Below are positions 25,425 to 26,550 of a DNA stretch of 26,550 nt, piece by piece. A program made the position numbers and the translations under genes. Under the pieces are notes generated by a model that saw only the letters and a program-made list of their open reading frames with translations, searched no databases and had not been told where the DNA came from. Each line of letters opens with the position of its first letter. The stretch's first letter is position 1. The stretch comes from a virus (taxonomy: Duplodnaviria; Caudoviricetes): positions 1 to 26,550 of the IMG/VR virus record IMGVR_UViG_3300005805_000400. One strand, 5' to 3'.

Positions 25425-26550
25425 TTATTTCTTTAATGAAGCCAGCAAACTCTTCAATTTTGCGCTCTGTACATCAGCAGTAACCTTATTTTGCTCGGGT
25501 TCTACTGTCTGTTCTATAGCCTGATTGACAGCCCCTACTTGGCTTGTGGCCTTGACTTGACTCAAAAGTTGTGTCCCTGAGGGCTGTGGTTTATAGCCAG
25601 TATCTTCCCCTTCGTCTGTGATGCGCAAGGTATCGACATCAAATTTGAGTTCGATCTTTTGGCCCACACCCGAACTGCTACGGGTCTTCATCATTTGAAT
25701 CTGATAAAGTCCACGCTCACGCATACTCCTGCTAGTAAAGATACCAAAAACATTGTCCGCAGTATTAATCTTACTAATACCACCTGAGATATGGCTGTGA
25801 TCAAACTCAATCTCTTCAACGGCTGATCTGTTAAGTTGACTTGCTGTGACGAATAAGACATTTAATTCCTTTGCTAGATTACGCAATTCTTCTGATACAT
25901 ATTTGTCCTTGACGAACAAATCGCTAGGACTGACTTTAGCACTGACCGGCATGATCAAGTCAAGATAATCGATACATAAGAAATCTACCTTCATACCTGT
26001 CTGTATCTGTAATTCTTTGACATATGCTCTGATATCATTAACATTGCTTTGTGCAGGCATATATTTGATGCGTAATTGTCCTGCTTTCTTTGCCACCATC
26101 TTGACCTTCATCTCGACATTATCGATGTCTTTGAAAATCTCACGGCTGCTTGTGTCAGTCATCATGCTATCGATACGCATACTACATAGACCTTCGCTCA
26201 ATTCAAGTGTCACATAGACACCGCTGAGTCCATTCTGCACCCAGTTGACTGCTAAGTTCTGCATGATCAAGCTCTTACCAGAACCCGATCCACCTGCAAA
26301 GATTTGTAGTTCGCCGCGATTGAAACCACCATACAACTTTTGATCAAGTGTAGGCCAGCCTGTGCTGTTCTGTCCATTATTACTTTTCAGTGCCATAAGT
26401 CTTGCTCGTGGATCAGCAAAGTAATCTGTGCCCATGTCCTTCTGTAGACTGATCTGAACAGCATCTTTGATCAGTTTCTCTACAGGTCCATACTCGCCCT
26501 TCTCAAGATGATCAGCACTCTTAAGAATAGCCCTCTCAAGTTCTTGTCGT
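25425..26550 (-). CDS. Replicative SF4 helicase (T4 gp41/DnaB-like), 5' end outside window
   Basis: Walker A GGSGSGKS, Walker B LCIDYLD, TASQLNR and KTR. The frame stays open from 26435 to the window edge (RQELERAILKSAD...). Confidence 0.93.
   Translation of the reverse strand, partial: RQELERAILKSADHLEKGEYGPVEKLIKDAVQISLQKDMGTDYFADPRARLMALKSNNGQNSTGWPTLDQKLYGGFNRGELQIFAGGSGSGKSLIMQNLAVNWVQNGLSGVYVTLELSEGLCSMRIDSMMTDTSSREIFKDIDNVEMKVKMVAKKAGQLRIKYMPAQSNVNDIRAYVKELQIQTGMKVDFLCIDYLDLIMPVSAKVSPSDLFVKDKYVSEELRNLAKELNVLFVTASQLNRSAVEEIEFDHSHISGGISKINTADNVFGIFTSRSMRERGLYQIQMMKTRSSSGVGQKIELKFDVDTLRITDEGEDTGYKPQPSGTQLLSQVKATSQVGAVNQAIEQTVEPEQNKVTADVQSAKLKSLLASLKK

Noticed and set aside
3863-26217. 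Remaining short ORFs nested in or antisense to long genes (e.g. 5872-6204, 6205-6579, 9577-9951, 19949-20356, 21276-21632, 24015-24341)
   Set aside because: They fully or largely overlap better-supported genes and have no recognisable motifs or RBS.
1-26550. Stop-codon reassignment, introns/inteins, tRNAs
   Set aside because: Genes tile the window densely in the standard code and end in TAA, TAG and TGA. No interrupted conserved genes and no cloverleaf were seen in the short intergenic gaps.

Overview
A 26.5-kb segment of a large T4-like (myovirus) bacteriophage genome, mostly coded on the minus strand in the standard genetic code. It runs from a long tail sheath gene (truncated at the left edge and missing from the ORF track) through an HNH-like gene, dNMP kinase, gp13/gp14/gp15-like neck and tail-terminator genes, MazG and Nudix hydrolases, and several putative virion proteins. 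It continues with a fibre/chaperone/subtilisin-protease operon, a PD-(D/E)XK exonuclease, IscA, an AT-rich SGNH plus glycosyltransferase-like pair, a block of putative head-internal proteins (one with ligase-type KxDG motifs), and a gp41-like helicase truncated at the right edge. The most notable signal is regulatory. A recurrent TAAATA late-promoter box occurs in two architectures: 4-5 nt upstream of the ATG (predicted leaderless mRNAs), or embedded in inverted repeats that would hide the RBS or start codon on read-through transcripts. One structural gene also has a three-hairpin 5' leader. Family assignments come from motif recognition only; no searches were run.
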